A stretch of 64,000 nucleotides of DNA from an uncultured Chloroflexia bacterium (GCA_963850555.1 CAWKLT010000002.1:19725-83724), one strand, 5' to 3'. Shown: positions 40,489 to 50,720, counted from the stretch's first letter. Notes: a model not told the origin generated them from the letters alone. Translations and numbers: made by a program.

Positions 40489-41294
40489 ACAGCGTCGCGA
40501 TCGGGGCGGCGAACAGGAAGGAGTCCACGCGGTCGAGCATCCCACCGTGACCCGGGATCAGCGTGCCCGAGTCCTTGGTGTTGGCGGCGCGCTTGAGCAT
40601 CGATTCCGCAAGGTCACCGGCCTGGGCGGTGAGCGCGATCAGCGGCCCGAGCACCAACGCGTGCAGCGGCATCTGGCCCAGCCCCCAGAGGATCGCCCCG
40701 ACGACGACAGTCGACGCGATCACGCCACCGACCAGTCCGGCATACGTCTTCGACGGGGAGATGTGGGTCAGGAACTTCTCGCGCCCGAGCTGGCTGCCGA
40801 CCAGGAAGGCGCCGGTGTCGTACGCCCACACGGAAAGGAGCAGCAACAGGATCCAGCCCCGCTCGGCGCCGAGCACGACCAGCGGAGCGTCGTCCGGCAC
40901 GGCGGGGGCGGCGTGGCCAAGGCGGACGACGAATGAGAGCAGGCCGACATAGAGCGCCCCGAAGACGGTCGCCATCCAGCTGACGAGTCCATCGCGCGGG
41001 TTCGGCAGGGCGAAGGCGGCAACGGCCACGAGCACGACCCCCACGGCCATCAACAGCAGACCGCTTCCCTCGAGCACGCCCGGGAACGCCGCGTCCGCGA
41101 CGACGGTGACGGCCAGGACCGATCCCAGCAGCGGTATGGTCGGAAAGCCCGCATCCGTGAGGAGCTTGAATGCCTCCCGGGCCGCGAAGACCGTCGCAAC
41201 GGCAATGGCCGACCGCCAGGACGATCCCGCCGAGGGCCAGAACGACCAGCAGGACCGGGACGAGGATCGCGGCGCCGATGGCTCGGTCGCGCAC
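40466..41294 (-). CDS. cdsA: phosphatidate cytidylyltransferase; frame broken once
   Basis: GTG 41294 (VRDRAIGAAILVPVLLVVLALGGIVLAV) joins the ORF 40466..41077 frame at ~41205-41213 (AIAVATVFAAREAFKLL..., signature SMLKRAANTKDSGTLIPGHGGMLDRVDS). The span length is 3n+1. Confidence 0.85.
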
Positions 41295-41305
41295 CCCTGC
41301 CCCGC

Positions 41306-42133
41306 CTACCGCCCGAACCGGCGCTGGCGCCGGGCGAACTCGAGGAGGGCTTCGTCGAAGGCGTCCGGGCCGAAGTCCGGCCAGAGCGCCTCACAGAAGT
41401 AGAACTCGGCGTAGGCCGATTGCCAGATCAGGAAATTGGAGAGGCGTTGCTCCCCGCCGGTCCGGATCACGAGGTCCGGATCGGGCAGACCGGCCGTGTA
41501 CAGGGCCTGCGTGACCGCGGCTTCGTCGATCGACTCCGGCGGGGCACCCGATGCCACGAGCTTGCGGACGGCGTCGACGAGCTCCGTCCGGCCCGCGTAG
41601 TTGAAGGCGATGTTGAGCAGCAGCTGCTGGCCTTCCGAGGTCGCGTCGAGGGCGTCGTCGATGGAGCCCCGCGTCTCGTCGGGGAGCTCGTCGACCCGGC
41701 CGAGCAGCCGAACGCGGACGCCCTGGCTGCGAAGCTCGTCGGTCTCGCTGCGGATGGCGCCCTCGAGCAGGCTGAAGAGGCCATGGACCTCGTCGTCCGA
41801 GCGGGCCCAGTTCTCGCGGCTGAAGGCGTACAGGGTCAGCACCGGGACACCGCGCCGGACGGCGTGGCGGAGGACCTCGCGGATGGCTTCCACGCCGGCG
41901 GCATGTCCGTCGAGCTCCGGCAGGCCCTGCTGGCGGGCCCAGCGACGGTTGCCGTCCATGATGATCGCGACGTGACGGGGCAGCTCGTCGGGCGGCAGGA
42001 ATGCCGTCTCAGCCGCGCCGTCGTCCGTCGCGGGCGGCGTTTCGATCGCGGGCGCGGGGGCCACCGGCGCCGCCGCCGGTTCGTGAGCGGACGGGGGCGC
42101 GTCGGTCGGCCGGGCCAGCGGTACGCGGCCCAC
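41306..42133 (-). CDS. uppS: isoprenyl transferase (undecaprenyl diphosphate synthase family)
   Basis: GTG 42133 (shares 1 nt with the frr TAG) within ORF 41306..42484 gives 275 aa. Motifs: HVAIIMDGNRRWA, LTLYAFSRENW, IRTGGEQRLSNFLIWQSAYAEFYF. Confidence 0.9.
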   Translation of the reverse strand: MGRVPLARPTDAPPSAHEPAAAPVAPAPAIETPPATDDGAAETAFLPPDELPRHVAIIMDGNRRWARQQGLPELDGHAAGVEAIREVLRHAVRRGVPVLTLYAFSRENWARSDDEVHGLFSLLEGAIRSETDELRSQGVRVRLLGRVDELPDETRGSIDDALDATSEGQQLLLNIAFNYAGRTELVDAVRKLVASGAPPESIDEAAVTQALYTAGLPDPDLVIRTGGEQRLSNFLIWQSAYAEFYFCEALWPDFGPDAFDEALLEFARRQRRFGR

Positions 42134-42690
42134 TAGACCTCGAGGACCTCCTGTTCCTTCGCGCCGCCGCGTCGATCGACCTCGGCGATATGGCGGTCCG
42201 TCGTCTTCTGGAGCACGTCGATCTGGCGATGCCCCTCGTCGGCTCCGACGGTGCCGTCGCGCTCTTCCTTCTTGAGGTGGTCGTTGGCATCGCGCCGGAT
42301 ATTGCGGATCTCGACGCGGGCCTCCTCCATGCGCTTGTGGACGATCTTCACCAGGTCCTTGCGACGTTCCTCGGTCAGCGGCGGGATGTTGAGCCGCACG
42401 ACCGTGCCATCGACGTTGGGCGTGATGCCGATGTCGGACTTCGTGATCGCCTTCTCGATGGCGCCGAGGACCCCGCGGTCCCACGGCTGGATGACGATCT
42501 GGTGCGGCTCCGGGACGCTGATCCCGGCCAGCTGGTTGAGCGGGGTCTGGGTGCCGTAGTAGTCGACCGTGATGCGCTCGACGAGCGCGGTCGAGGCGCG
42601 CCCCGTCCGGACGCCCTGGAAGTCACGCTCCATCGCTTCGACGGCGCGTGCCATCTTCTGGTCCGCTTCTGCGAGGATCTCGGTGCTCAT
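42133..42690 (-). CDS. frr: ribosome recycling factor
   Basis: Intact 185-aa ORF: ...[39 protein letters not shown]...[15 protein letters not shown] overlap with the pyrH stop. Confidence 0.95.
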   Translation of the reverse strand: MSTEILAEADQKMARAVEAMERDFQGVRTGRASTALVERITVDYYGTQTPLNQLAGISVPEPHQIVIQPWDRGVLGAIEKAITKSDIGITPNVDGTVVRLNIPPLTEERRKDLVKIVHKRMEEARVEIRNIRRDANDHLKKEERDGTVGADEGHRQIDVLQKTTDRHIAEVDRRGGAKEQEVLEV

Positions 42691-43451
42691 GCGACCGCAC
42701 CTCCGCTCGAGATGAGGGTCCCGACCGGTTCTCCGGCCGCAACCTTCGTGATGTTGTCAGGTGAATTGAGGTCGAAGACGACGATGGGCAGGTCGTTCTC
42801 CATGCACAGGCTGACCGCTGCGGCGTCCATGACCTTGAGCTGGTCACGGAGCAGGTCAGCGTAGCCGAGCTGAGCGTACCGCCGGGCATCCGGATGCGTC
42901 ACCGGATCATGATCGTAGACACCATCGACCTTGGTCGCCTTGAGCAGGACCTCGGCGTTGATCTCGACCGCGCGAAGGGCAGCGGCCGTGTCGGTCGTGA
43001 AGTACGGGTTGCCGGTGCCGGCCACGAAGATCGCGACCCGGCCCTTCTCGAGGTGACGGATGGCGCGACGCCGGATGTAGGGCTCGGCGACCTCGTTCAT
43101 CGCGATCGCCGACATGACGCGGGTCGTGATGCCGGCCTTCTCGAGCGCGTCCTGGAGCGCGAGGCCGTTCATGACGGTCGCCAGCATGCCGATGTAGTCG
43201 CCGGTCGCACGGTCCATGCCCGATGCCGCCGCGGCCATGCCGCGGAAGATGTTCCCGCCGCCCACGACGATCCCGACCTGGACGCCGAGGCGATGGACCT
43301 CGGCGACCTGCTTCGCGATGAACATGCAGTACGCGGGGTCCACCCCGTACGAGCGATCGCCCAGGAGCGCCTCACCGGACAGCTTGAGCAGGATCCGGCG
43401 ATAGCGAACGGCCGAGTCCGAGGCTGCCGTGGTGGTCGCCGCCTGGGTCAC
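42687..43451 (-). CDS. pyrH: UMP kinase
   Basis: GTG 43451 (GTGA overlap with the tsf stop) gives 254 aa. Motifs: [49 protein letters not shown]. Confidence 0.95.
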   Translation of the reverse strand: MTQAATTTAASDSAVRYRRILLKLSGEALLGDRSYGVDPAYCMFIAKQVAEVHRLGVQVGIVVGGGNIFRGMAAAASGMDRATGDYIGMLATVMNGLALQDALEKAGITTRVMSAIAMNEVAEPYIRRRAIRHLEKGRVAIFVAGTGNPYFTTDTAAALRAVEINAEVLLKATKVDGVYDHDPVTHPDARRYAQLGYADLLRDQLKVMDAAAVSLCMENDLPIVVFDLNSPDNITKVAAGEPVGTLISSGGAVA

Positions 43452-44047
43452 AGCTCCTCCCCGAGCGCATATCGGACGAACCGGCGCACGCGGATGTGCT
43501 CGCCGATCGTGGCGATCTTCTCCGTGATCAGCTCGCCGACCGTGCGCTCCTCGTCGCGAAACGGCTGATCGACGAGGCAGACCTGCGAGTACCACTTCTT
43601 GAGCTGGCCCTCGACGATCTGTGCGCGGATGTTCTCCGGCTTCTTCTGGACCGACTCGTCCTTGAGCAGCTCGGCCTTCTTCGCCTCGAGGGCGTCCGGC
43701 GGGATGCTCGCCTCGTCGACATAGACCGGGGCGAGCCCGGCGACCTGGACCGCGAGGTCCCGAACGAGCTTCTGGAACTCGTCCGTCCGCGCGACGAAGT
43801 CGGTCTCGCAGTTGACCTCGATCAGGACGCCGACGCGGCCGCCCGTGTGGATGTAGCTCGAGACGAGGCCCTCGCGGGCGTCACGCCCCGACTTCTTGGC
43901 CGCGGCCGCGAGGCCTCGTTCGCGCAGCAGCGCGATGGCCTTGTCGAGGTCGCCATCGGCGTCGGTCAGGGCCTTCTTGCAGTCCATGAAGCCCGCGCCG
44001 GTGCGCTCTCGAAGTTCCTTGACCAGCGCTGCGGAGATGTCCGCCAT
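43448..44047 (-). CDS. tsf: translation elongation factor Ts (short ~200-aa form)
   Basis: Intact 199-aa ORF: [42 protein letters not shown]...[16 protein letters not shown]. Confidence 0.95.
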   Translation of the reverse strand: MADISAALVKELRERTGAGFMDCKKALTDADGDLDKAIALLRERGLAAAAKKSGRDAREGLVSSYIHTGGRVGVLIEVNCETDFVARTDEFQKLVRDLAVQVAGLAPVYVDEASIPPDALEAKKAELLKDESVQKKPENIRAQIVEGQLKKWYSQVCLVDQPFRDEERTVGELITEKIATIGEHIRVRRFVRYALGEEL

Positions 44048-44175
44048 GTGCGTGTGTGCTCCTGTTCGTGGTGTCGTGCGGGCGCGTTTGGCGTCCGCGG
44101 GTGGTGCTGGATGCGTGCCTGATCAGGTGGCCGGATCGTCGTGGCTCGAGCCCGACGAACCGTGGTGCCGTCGGA

Positions 44176-45144
44176 TCAGGCCGGGTTGTCGCCCTCGGCC
44201 TTTTCGGCCGCCTCGCGCGCAAGCTCGGCGGCGATCTCCTCGGGCGTGGCTTCGGACGGCGCTTCCGCGACGGCCGCCTCGGCCCGGGCGACGCGGTCGC
44301 CGGGTAGGAGGTCGTCGTCGTCCGCGTCGGGCTCGAACGTCAGGGCGGCTCCACCGGCCAGCGCCGCGACGAGCTCGTCGGACGCGCCGGGCGCCTCCTC
44401 CTCGGTCTCGGGCATCGGCATGGACTCGCTCACGTCCGGTTCGGACGCGGCTCGGGCCGAGCGCTGCTGGGCGCCTTCGATGGCCGCGTCCGCGACGAGC
44501 GTGCAGAGGAGCCTGATCGCGCGGATGGCGTCGTCGTTGGCCGGGATGATGTAGTCGAGCTCGTCGGGATCGACGTTGGTGTCGCCGGTGCCGACGACCG
44601 GGATCTCGAGCTTGTTCGCCTCCGTCACCGCGATCCGCTCGCGATGCGGGTCGACGATGAAGACGGCACCGGGCAGTCGCTTCATCTTGCGCATGCCGCC
44701 GACCGTGCCCTGGAGCTTGATCATCTCCTCGGTCAGCTTGGCGGCTTCCTTCTTGGTCATGCGCTCGAAGTCGCCAGCCTGCTGGCGCGCCTCGAGCTGC
44801 TCGAGGAGGCCGATGCGCTTCTTGATCGTCGAGAAGTTCGTGAGCATGCCGCCGAGCCAGCGCTTCTGCACGTAGGGCATGTTGGCGCGCGTCGCCTCGG
44901 CGACGATCGGCTCCTGGGCCTGCTTCTTGGTCCCGACGAACAGGACCTGGTCGCCACGGGCGACCGTCTCGCGGACGGCCTCGAGGGCGACGTCCAGGCG
45001 CTGGACGGTCTGGGCGAGATCGATGATGTGGATCCCGTTGCGCTCGGCGAAGATGAACGGGCGCATCTTGGGGTTCCAGCGGCGGGTCTGGTGGCCGAAG
45101 TGGACTCCGGCTTCCAGCAGCTGCCGCATCGAGACGGACGGCAC
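44176..45144 (-). CDS. rpsB: 30S ribosomal protein S2 with acidic C-terminal extension
   Basis: GTG 45144 (SD AGGAGG 9 nt upstream) within ORF 44176..45588. Sequence: [32 protein letters not shown]..., with the last ~90 aa rich in Glu/Asp/Ala. Confidence 0.95.
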   Translation of the reverse strand: MPSVSMRQLLEAGVHFGHQTRRWNPKMRPFIFAERNGIHIIDLAQTVQRLDVALEAVRETVARGDQVLFVGTKKQAQEPIVAEATRANMPYVQKRWLGGMLTNFSTIKKRIGLLEQLEARQQAGDFERMTKKEAAKLTEEMIKLQGTVGGMRKMKRLPGAVFIVDPHRERIAVTEANKLEIPVVGTGDTNVDPDELDYIIPANDDAIRAIRLLCTLVADAAIEGAQQRSARAASEPDVSESMPMPETEEEAPGASDELVAALAGGAALTFEPDADDDDLLPGDRVARAEAAVAEAPSEATPEEIAAELAREAAEKAEGDNPA

Positions 45145-45313
45145 GGTGTGAGACCTCCTGTTCGGTTCGTTCCTCCGCGAGCCCCTGGTGTCGACGGGGA
45201 CCGGCCTCGTGAGGCCGGCACCACCCCGGTCGGGACGGCTCGCGTGTGAGCTCCGCTGGCGTTCGTGCCCGCGGGCGGTTCCTGTTGGGCGTGGCTCGGG
45301 GATCCGGGCCGCG

Positions 45314-45335
45314 GCGGAGTGTAGCACAGGGTCCG
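45314..45335 (-). promoter_or_regulatory. candidate rpsB promoter (extended -10 TGcTACACT + CCGC); 22-nt block nearly identical to one upstream of ffh
   Basis: Minus strand reads cggaccctgTGcTACACTccgc (-10 at 45323-45318), ~170 nt upstream of GTG 45144. It matches 54043-54022 at 21 of 22 positions. Confidence 0.4.
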
Positions 45336-45371
45336 TTTCGGGCCGGTTGGGGCGCAGGCCTGCGGCGTGCC

Positions 45372-45782
45372 TCAGAACGCCGCCCGGTGGTGGCGCACCC
45401 GCGGCTCCCCTCCCCGGTCGCCGGGCTCGATCACGACGAGGTCGAACCGGAGGGGCAGGCGCGGGAGCGCGGTCCCGTCTGGCAACGAACCGCGGTCGAT
45501 CAGCCCGTATGCCGCCTGCCGGATCCGGGCGCGCTTGCGGTGGTCGACGGTCTCCTCGGCGAGGCCGAACGCCCGCGAACGCCGCCACCTGACCTCGACG
45601 ATCACGAGGGCTGCCGGCGGACCCGGGTCGACCGCCACGAGATCGAGTTCGCGGCGGCCGACATGGACGTTCCGGGCCAGGACGGTCCAGCCCGCCTCGA
45701 CCAGCCGGGTCAGGACCAGCGTCTCGGCGGCGTCACCCGCCAGCTGGGCCGTGGTCCGGATCGATGCGGGTCGGTCGTCCAC
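45372..45782 (-). CDS. yraN: YraN family (UPF0102) endonuclease-like protein
   Basis: Intact 136-aa ORF: [37 protein letters not shown]...[10 protein letters not shown]...FDLVVIE. Conserved position after rnhB. Confidence 0.85.
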   Translation of the reverse strand: MDDRPASIRTTAQLAGDAAETLVLTRLVEAGWTVLARNVHVGRRELDLVAVDPGPPAALVIVEVRWRRSRAFGLAEETVDHRKRARIRQAAYGLIDRGSLPDGTALPRLPLRFDLVVIEPGDRGGEPRVRHHRAAF

Positions 45783-45873
45783 GCGTCGCAGGGTCGCAGA
45801 CGGCGCTCATCTGCGGACGTATCCGGGCATGCACCGGGGCTCTCCGCGGCCGCCTGAGGCGGCGGGAGCCGGG

Positions 45874-46647
45874 TCAGGCCGGCGCGGACTCCAGCGAGTC
45901 AGGTCCGACGAGGTCGAACGCGGCATCGTCGGCCATCACCGGCACGAGCTCGCGCTCGAGCAGATCGTGGGTATCCGGCGACGCGGACGGATCGCCCAGG
46001 AGGTCGAGATCCAGCTGGTCGCCCGCCAGCGTCCGCTGGAGCGCCAGGAAGGAGCGCCGGTGGAACGGCGTCAGGCCCATCGCGCGGATCGCGTCGCGGT
46101 GGTCGCGCGTGGCGTAGCCCTGGTTGTGCTCCCAGCCGTAGCCGGGATACCGGGCGGCCAGCTTGATCATCATCCGGTCGCGGACGACCTTGGCCACCAC
46201 CGATGCGCAGGCGATCGAGTAGACCTTCGCGTCGCCATCGACCACGTTGCTGTACGGACCGACCTGGGCCTCGAAGCCGACGATCCGATTGCCGTCCACG
46301 ATGACGTGCTCGTGACCGCCCAGTCGCGCGATGGCCCGGCGCATCGCCAGGTGGGTCGCGTGGTAGATGTTGAGCTGGTCGATCTCGCGGACGCTCGCGG
46401 CACCGACACCGACCGCGATGGCACGCCGGCGGATGATCGGCGCCAGACGCTCTCGCTGGGCCATCGACAGGGTCTTCGAGTCGCGCACGCCGGGGATCCG
46501 GTGGCAGCCGGGCTGCATGATCACGGCCGCCGCGACCACGGCGCCACAGGTCGGCGCCACCCCGACCTCATCGACGCCGGCGACCCGGGTGAGCCCGTCG
46601 TTCCAGAGGCGGCGCTCGTAACGGAGGGTCGGCACGATGACGGTCAT
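45874..46647 (-). CDS. rnhB: ribonuclease HII with C-terminal extension
   Basis: ATG 46647 within ORF 45874..46959 gives 257 aa. Motifs: VAGVDEVGVAPTCGAVVAAAV, VRDSKTLS, IVDGN, ASVVAKVVRDRMM, GYGWEHNQGYATRDH. Confidence 0.9.
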   Translation of the reverse strand: MTVIVPTLRYERRLWNDGLTRVAGVDEVGVAPTCGAVVAAAVIMQPGCHRIPGVRDSKTLSMAQRERLAPIIRRRAIAVGVGAASVREIDQLNIYHATHLAMRRAIARLGGHEHVIVDGNRIVGFEAQVGPYSNVVDGDAKVYSIACASVVAKVVRDRMMIKLAARYPGYGWEHNQGYATRDHRDAIRAMGLTPFHRRSFLALQRTLAGDQLDLDLLGDPSASPDTHDLLERELVPVMADDAAFDLVGPDSLESAPA

Positions 46648-46762
46648 CGGGCGCAAGGGTACCCCGCTTGGGGGTTCGGCTGCCGTCGATCGGCTCGCCG
46701 ACCCCGGAATCGAACGACCCCGCCGGTCGGGCGAGGTCGATGGGTCTGCGAGGGGTCGGGGG

Positions 46763-47107
46763 TCAGCTGCGGCGCTCGCGCAGGGTGGCCGCCTTGCCGA
46801 CGCGCTTGCGCAGGAAGTACAGCTGGGCTCGGCGGACCTGGCCGTGACGCAGGACTTCGATCTTCTCGATGCGCGGGCTGTTGATCTTGAACGTGCGCTC
46901 GACACCGACGCCCGAGGCGATCCGGCGAACGGTGATCGATCGGGTGATGCCGCCGCCACGCAGCCGCATGATGGTCCCCTCGAACACCTGGATGCGCTCG
47001 CGGTTGCCCTCGACGACCTTGGCCGAGACCTTCACGGTGTCACCCGTGGCGAGTTCCGGCAGGTCGGTGCGGAGCTGGTCCTGGACGATCTCGTCGAGCA
47101 CGTTCAC
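46763..47107 (-). CDS. rplS: 50S ribosomal protein L19
   Basis: GTG 47107 within ORF 46763..47356 gives 114 aa: [73 protein letters not shown]. Confidence 0.95.
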   Translation of the reverse strand: MNVLDEIVQDQLRTDLPELATGDTVKVSAKVVEGNRERIQVFEGTIMRLRGGGITRSITVRRIASGVGVERTFKINSPRIEKIEVLRHGQVRRAQLYFLRKRVGKAATLRERRS

Positions 47108-47188
47108 GCGGCGGTTCCTTGGTTGGTGGACAGCCGAAGCTGCGGGCTGGGCAAATGGAACGGCCGCGAAACTGGCGACCGGTGCGGG

Positions 47189-47194
47189 AGTATA
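47189..47194 (-). promoter_or_regulatory. candidate rplS promoter -10 (TGcTATACT + CCCGC)
   Basis: Minus strand reads ccgTGcTATACTcccgcacc, ~80 nt upstream of GTG 47107. It is preceded by an imperfect hairpin ccgttcccag-tcag-ctggaacgg. Confidence 0.4.
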
Positions 47195-47253
47195 GCACGG
47201 GCTCCCGTTCCAGCTGACTGGGAACGGCGGGCGGCTGCCCGCGGCGAGCCGTG

Positions 47254-47769
47254 TCAGCAGTCGAACGCGAACCAGCACAACTCGTTGCGCAGGCGCTGGT
47301 CGTCGAGCACGAGTTCCCGGATCTCGTCGGGGAGTCGGGCGCGCTGCCACCGGCATTCCGAGCGGCCAGCCGCCTCGCTCTCGTCTTCAGGCGCTGCCGC
47401 TCGCGCCGCCCTGACCGCGTAGGCCGCGGCTCCAAGCTCGTGGGCCGCCACATGACCCACCGCCGCGGCCTGGCCGGCGGCGTACGCGGCATGCCGTGCT
47501 GCCCCGCGCAGGTCTCTGGCCGCGGCGTTGGCGTGGCCGGCCGCCGTGCGCGCCTCCGCCCACGGGATCTCGCCTCGCGCCCACGCCCGCCCGAGGTCGA
47601 TCGCCCGACGTGGACGGTCGTCCTTCGGCCGCGCCTCCTCGAAGTGGTGCAGCACGTGCTCCGCGCAGTCCGCCGCCCACATCGCGAGGAGACGATGATC
47701 CTCGTCCTGGAGGGTCCCGCCGCGACGAACGGTGATGAACCGCGGATCCCGGATCTTGGGAAGGATCAC
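47254..47769 (-). CDS. all-alpha Imm5-like putative immunity protein family (family often mislabelled exonuclease SbcC in actinobacterial annotations)
   Basis: GTG 47769 within ORF 47254..48219 gives 171 aa: [60 protein letters not shown]...[19 protein letters not shown]...[20 protein letters not shown]. Family assignment is from memory of the sequence pattern. Confidence 0.55.
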   Translation of the reverse strand: MILPKIRDPRFITVRRGGTLQDEDHRLLAMWAADCAEHVLHHFEEARPKDDRPRRAIDLGRAWARGEIPWAEARTAAGHANAAARDLRGAARHAAYAAGQAAAVGHVAAHELGAAAYAVRAARAAAPEDESEAAGRSECRWQRARLPDEIRELVLDDQRLRNELCWFAFDC

Positions 47770-47782
47770 CGGTGCTCGGCGC

Positions 47783-48800
47783 TCAGCGGCGAGGGCCGAG
47801 GGCCAGGAGGACGGCGTCGCTCGCACCCATCGACTGCCCCAGGCGCCGAGCCCGATCGAATGCGTCCGACCCCATGGCCACGGGCAGCTCCGCCAGCATG
47901 TGTTCGTAGTGCGGGCGTTCGTCCGGCGGCCAGGCCATGTGCTGGGCTTCCATGATCGCCTCGGCCGCGCCGACGAGCGTGGCCGCACGCTCGAATTCGC
48001 CGCGTTCCATGGCGATGGCGGCGAGCCCGGCGATGGCGAACGGCCTGCACGAACTGGTCGCCGATGCGCTCGGCGATCTGCAGCGCCTCGCGTTCCAGCG
48101 TCTCCGCCGTGTCGAGGTTCCCGAGCTGGCGCTCGACCATGCTGAGGTTGGCGGCTTCCGAAGCGATGAGGAACTCGTTGTCCCCTTCTCGAAGCAGCGC
48201 GAGCCGCTGGGTCATCCACTCGCGAGCCTCGGCCAGGTCACCGGCGATCTGGGCGCCGACGCCGAGGAGGTGCAGCGCGTTCGAGCGTCCGGGTTCGTCC
48301 GCTGCCGCGTCGCTGACCGCCAACGCCTCGGCGGCGAGACGGCGGCCTTCGGCCACGTCGGTGCGCAGTGCGACGCGTGAGAGACCACCCAGGGCGCCGG
48401 AGATCAACGGCGGATCGTCCAGCCGGCGGGCGATCTCCAGGGCCTGGGCGAACAGCTCGGCCGCTCGCTCGTCGTCTCCCATCCAGAAGGGCATGAACCC
48501 GGCGTTAAGGGACGCCTTCCCGCGAAGCCGGTCGTCGCCACCCGGCGACGCCAGGGCTCGATCGAACCAGACGGCGCCCTCGTCGAACCGCTGCTTGGTG
48601 ATCCAGAATCGATAGAGCGCGTTGGCCGTGCGAAGGGCCTCGTCCGTGCGCCCCGCGTCGACGAACCAGTCGATCGCCTCCTGCAGGTCGCCCGAGCGCT
48701 CGCTCGAGCTGCTCCAGCGAGTCCTTGGCATTCGGGCCGGTGGCCCGGCGCTGGCCCGTTCCGCGAGCTCAAGGAGCGCTGCGGCGGTCGTCGCATCCAT
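47783..48800 (-). CDS. stand-alone tetratricopeptide-repeat protein (resembles the TPR region of AfsR/SARP-LuxR type regulators); frame broken once, possibly three times
   Basis: ATG 48800 in ORF 47766..48800 (DLQEAIDWFVDAGRTDEALRTANALYRFWITKQRFDEGAVWFDRAL...). The C-terminus is in ORF 47783..48010 (ERGEFERAATLVGAAEAIMEA...), joined at ~48040-48052. A probable compensating pair lies at 48733-48752 and 48688-48697 (the alternative frame reads GPNAKDSLEQLERAL). Confidence 0.6.
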
Positions 48801-48802
48801 CG

Positions 48803-49487
48803 TCAGCCGCGGTCCTCGGGTGGCAGCAGATCGGGGCGGCGCTCGCGGGTCCGGGTGCCCGCCTGGTCGGCGCGCCAGCGGGCGACTGCGCCATGGTCAC
48901 CGGAGGTGAGGATCTCGGGCACGTCCATGCCGCGGAACGACGGCGGTCGCGTGTACTGCGGGTACTCCAGCAGCCCGGCGCTGAACGACTCCTCGGCCGT
49001 CGACAGGTCGTCGATGGCCCCGGGCAGCAGCCGGATGACCGCATCGATCACGACCAGGGCCGGCAACTCGCCACCCGTGACGACGTAGTCGCCGATCGAC
49101 AGCTCGAGGTCGACGAACGCCCGGATCCGCTCGTCGACGCCCTCGTAGCGCGGGCAGACGAACACGAGGTGCTCTCGCGAGGGCCAGGTCGGCCGCCCGG
49201 TCGTGGCGGAACACCTCGCCCACCGGGTCGAGCAGGATGACCGTCGACTCGGGACGTCGAACCGATTCGATGGCCGCGACGACCGGCTCCACGCGCATCA
49301 CCATCCCGGCCCCACCGCCGTACGGCGTGTCGTCCACCGACTTGTGGCGGCCAAGCCCGAAGTCGCGCAGGTCGTGGATGCGCACGGTCGCGAGACCCTG
49401 TTCCTGGATGCGTCCGGGGATGCTCTGCGACAGCGGCCCCTCGATCATGGCCGGGAAGAGCGTCAGGACGTCGATCTCGAGGGTCAT
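48803..49487 (-). CDS. trmD: tRNA (guanine37-N1)-methyltransferase TrmD; frame broken once
   Basis: ATG 49487 in ORF 48897..49487 ([25 protein letters not shown]...[13 protein letters not shown]). It joins ORF 48803..49165 at ~49172-49176 ([16 protein letters not shown]...[22 protein letters not shown]). The span length is 3n+1. Confidence 0.9.
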
Positions 49488-50176
49488 GGCGACGGCTCCG
49501 GCCGATCCGCGGCCTCGGACTCGGCGGCGATACCGCCATCCGACGACGCCTCGCTTGAGGCCTCGCTCGCTGCGGGGCGGCGCTTCCGGGATGTCCGCCT
49601 TGGGGCTCTCGGCCGATCAGGGTCGGCGCGACGCTCCTTCGGCAGCTGCAGGTCGAGCGCCTCCGCGTCCACGACGATCTCCCCGCGGCGCGGCGCGAAG
49701 ATCCGGATGAAGGCCCGGACCGCCGGCACGTCGAACGTCCCGTACGCCCCGCCACCGACGATGTAGACCTCGTTCTCGGCCACTCGGTAGATGTCCTTGA
49801 CGACGCCGAGCTCCGCGCCATCGACGCCGCGCACGGCCACGCCCAGGACCTCGTGCCAGTAGACCTCGCCGCGGGCGAGGTCCGCCTCGGGCCGGACGGT
49901 CGTTTCCAGGTACGCGCCGCGCAGCGTGTCGGCCGCCTCACGCGAGCCGATCTCGGCGAACCGGATGCGCCAGCCCGGGCCATCGGCCACGGCCTCGGCC
50001 GAGGCGATCGTCAGGGCCTCCTCGGATCCCTCCCGGAACAACACGGCCCCGGGCACGAAGCGTGCCTCCGGTCGGTCGGTCAGGACCTCGACGCGGACGG
50101 CACCGCGGAGCCCGTGGACGCCCCGGACGAGCGCGACCGCGAGCCGCTCGGTAGCGATGGCGGGAGCCTCGTTCAG
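49484..50176 (-). CDS. rimM: 16S rRNA processing protein RimM with low-complexity C-terminal tail; no canonical start codon upstream of the conserved N-terminus
   Basis: ORF 49484..50056 starts only at an internal GTG. The same frame is open upstream and encodes the conserved RimM N-terminus LAVALVRGVHGLRGAVRVEVLTDRPEARF. The only start-like codon is CTG 50176, which overlaps the KH-protein stop (CTGA). Confidence 0.75.
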   Translation of the reverse strand: MNEAPAIATERLAVALVRGVHGLRGAVRVEVLTDRPEARFVPGAVLFREGSEEALTIASAEAVADGPGWRIRFAEIGSREAADTLRGAYLETTVRPEADLARGEVYWHEVLGVAVRGVDGAELGVVKDIYRVAENEVYIVGGGAYGTFDVPAVRAFIRIFAPRRGEIVVDAEALDLQLPKERRADPDRPRAPRRTSRKRRPAASEASSEASSDGGIAAESEAADRPEPSP

Positions 50177-50406
50177 ACGATCTCGAGCTGGACCGGCTCG
50201 CCGTCGCGCGCCGCGGTCACCTTGAGCAGCGTCCGCAGCGCCTTCGCGACGCTGCCGTTGCGCCCGATCACCTTGCCCATGTCGTCCTCGGCGACGTGGA
50301 GCTCGATGACGGTCGCGCCGTCCTCCTCGACGACCTCGACCTTGACCGCATCGGGATCGTCGACCAGCGACTTCGCGACGTACTCGATCAGTTCCTTGGC
50401 TGCCAT
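50173..50406 (-). CDS. KH-domain RNA-binding protein (YlqC/UPF0109 type)
   Basis: Intact 77-aa ORF: ELIEYVAKSLVDDPDAVKVEVVEEDGATVIELHVAEDDMGKVIGRNGSVAKALRTLL. Conserved position between rpsP and rimM. Confidence 0.9.
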   Translation of the reverse strand: MAAKELIEYVAKSLVDDPDAVKVEVVEEDGATVIELHVAEDDMGKVIGRNGSVAKALRTLLKVTAARDGEPVQLEIV

Positions 50407-50416
50407 GTGGATGCTC

Positions 50417-50671
50417 CTACTTGCCGCTGGGCAGGATGCCGGCCTGCTTGAACAGGCGAACGACGGTGTCGGACGGCTGGGCGCCCTTCGCCAGCCACGC
50501 CTTGGCCTTGTCGGCGTCGACGTTGAACTCGATCGGCTCGGTCCGTGGGTTGTAGTGACCGAGCGTCTCGATCGCCCGGCTGTCGCGGGCGCTGCGGCCG
50601 TCGGCGACGACGACTCGATAGCTGGGCTGCTTCTTCGCGCCGACGCGCGTCAGCCGGATACGAACTGCCAT
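50417..50671 (-). CDS. rpsP: 30S ribosomal protein S16
   Basis: ATG 50671 (SD GAGGAGG) within ORF 50417..51115 gives 84 aa: [42 protein letters not shown]. Confidence 0.95.
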   Translation of the reverse strand: MAVRIRLTRVGAKKQPSYRVVVADGRSARDSRAIETLGHYNPRTEPIEFNVDADKAKAWLAKGAQPSDTVVRLFKQAGILPSGK

Positions 50672-50720
50672 GGATGCTGTGGTGCCTCCTCTTGGGCTGG
50701 TCTGGCTCTGGTTGGTGTGC

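Noticed and set aside
47254-48800. Calling the TPR + Imm5-like pair a toxin-antitoxin or anti-phage defence system.
   Set aside because: No toxin, nuclease, ATPase or other effector domain is recognisable in or next to the pair, and the family assignment rests on memory only. It is reported as an unusual insertion, not as a defence system.
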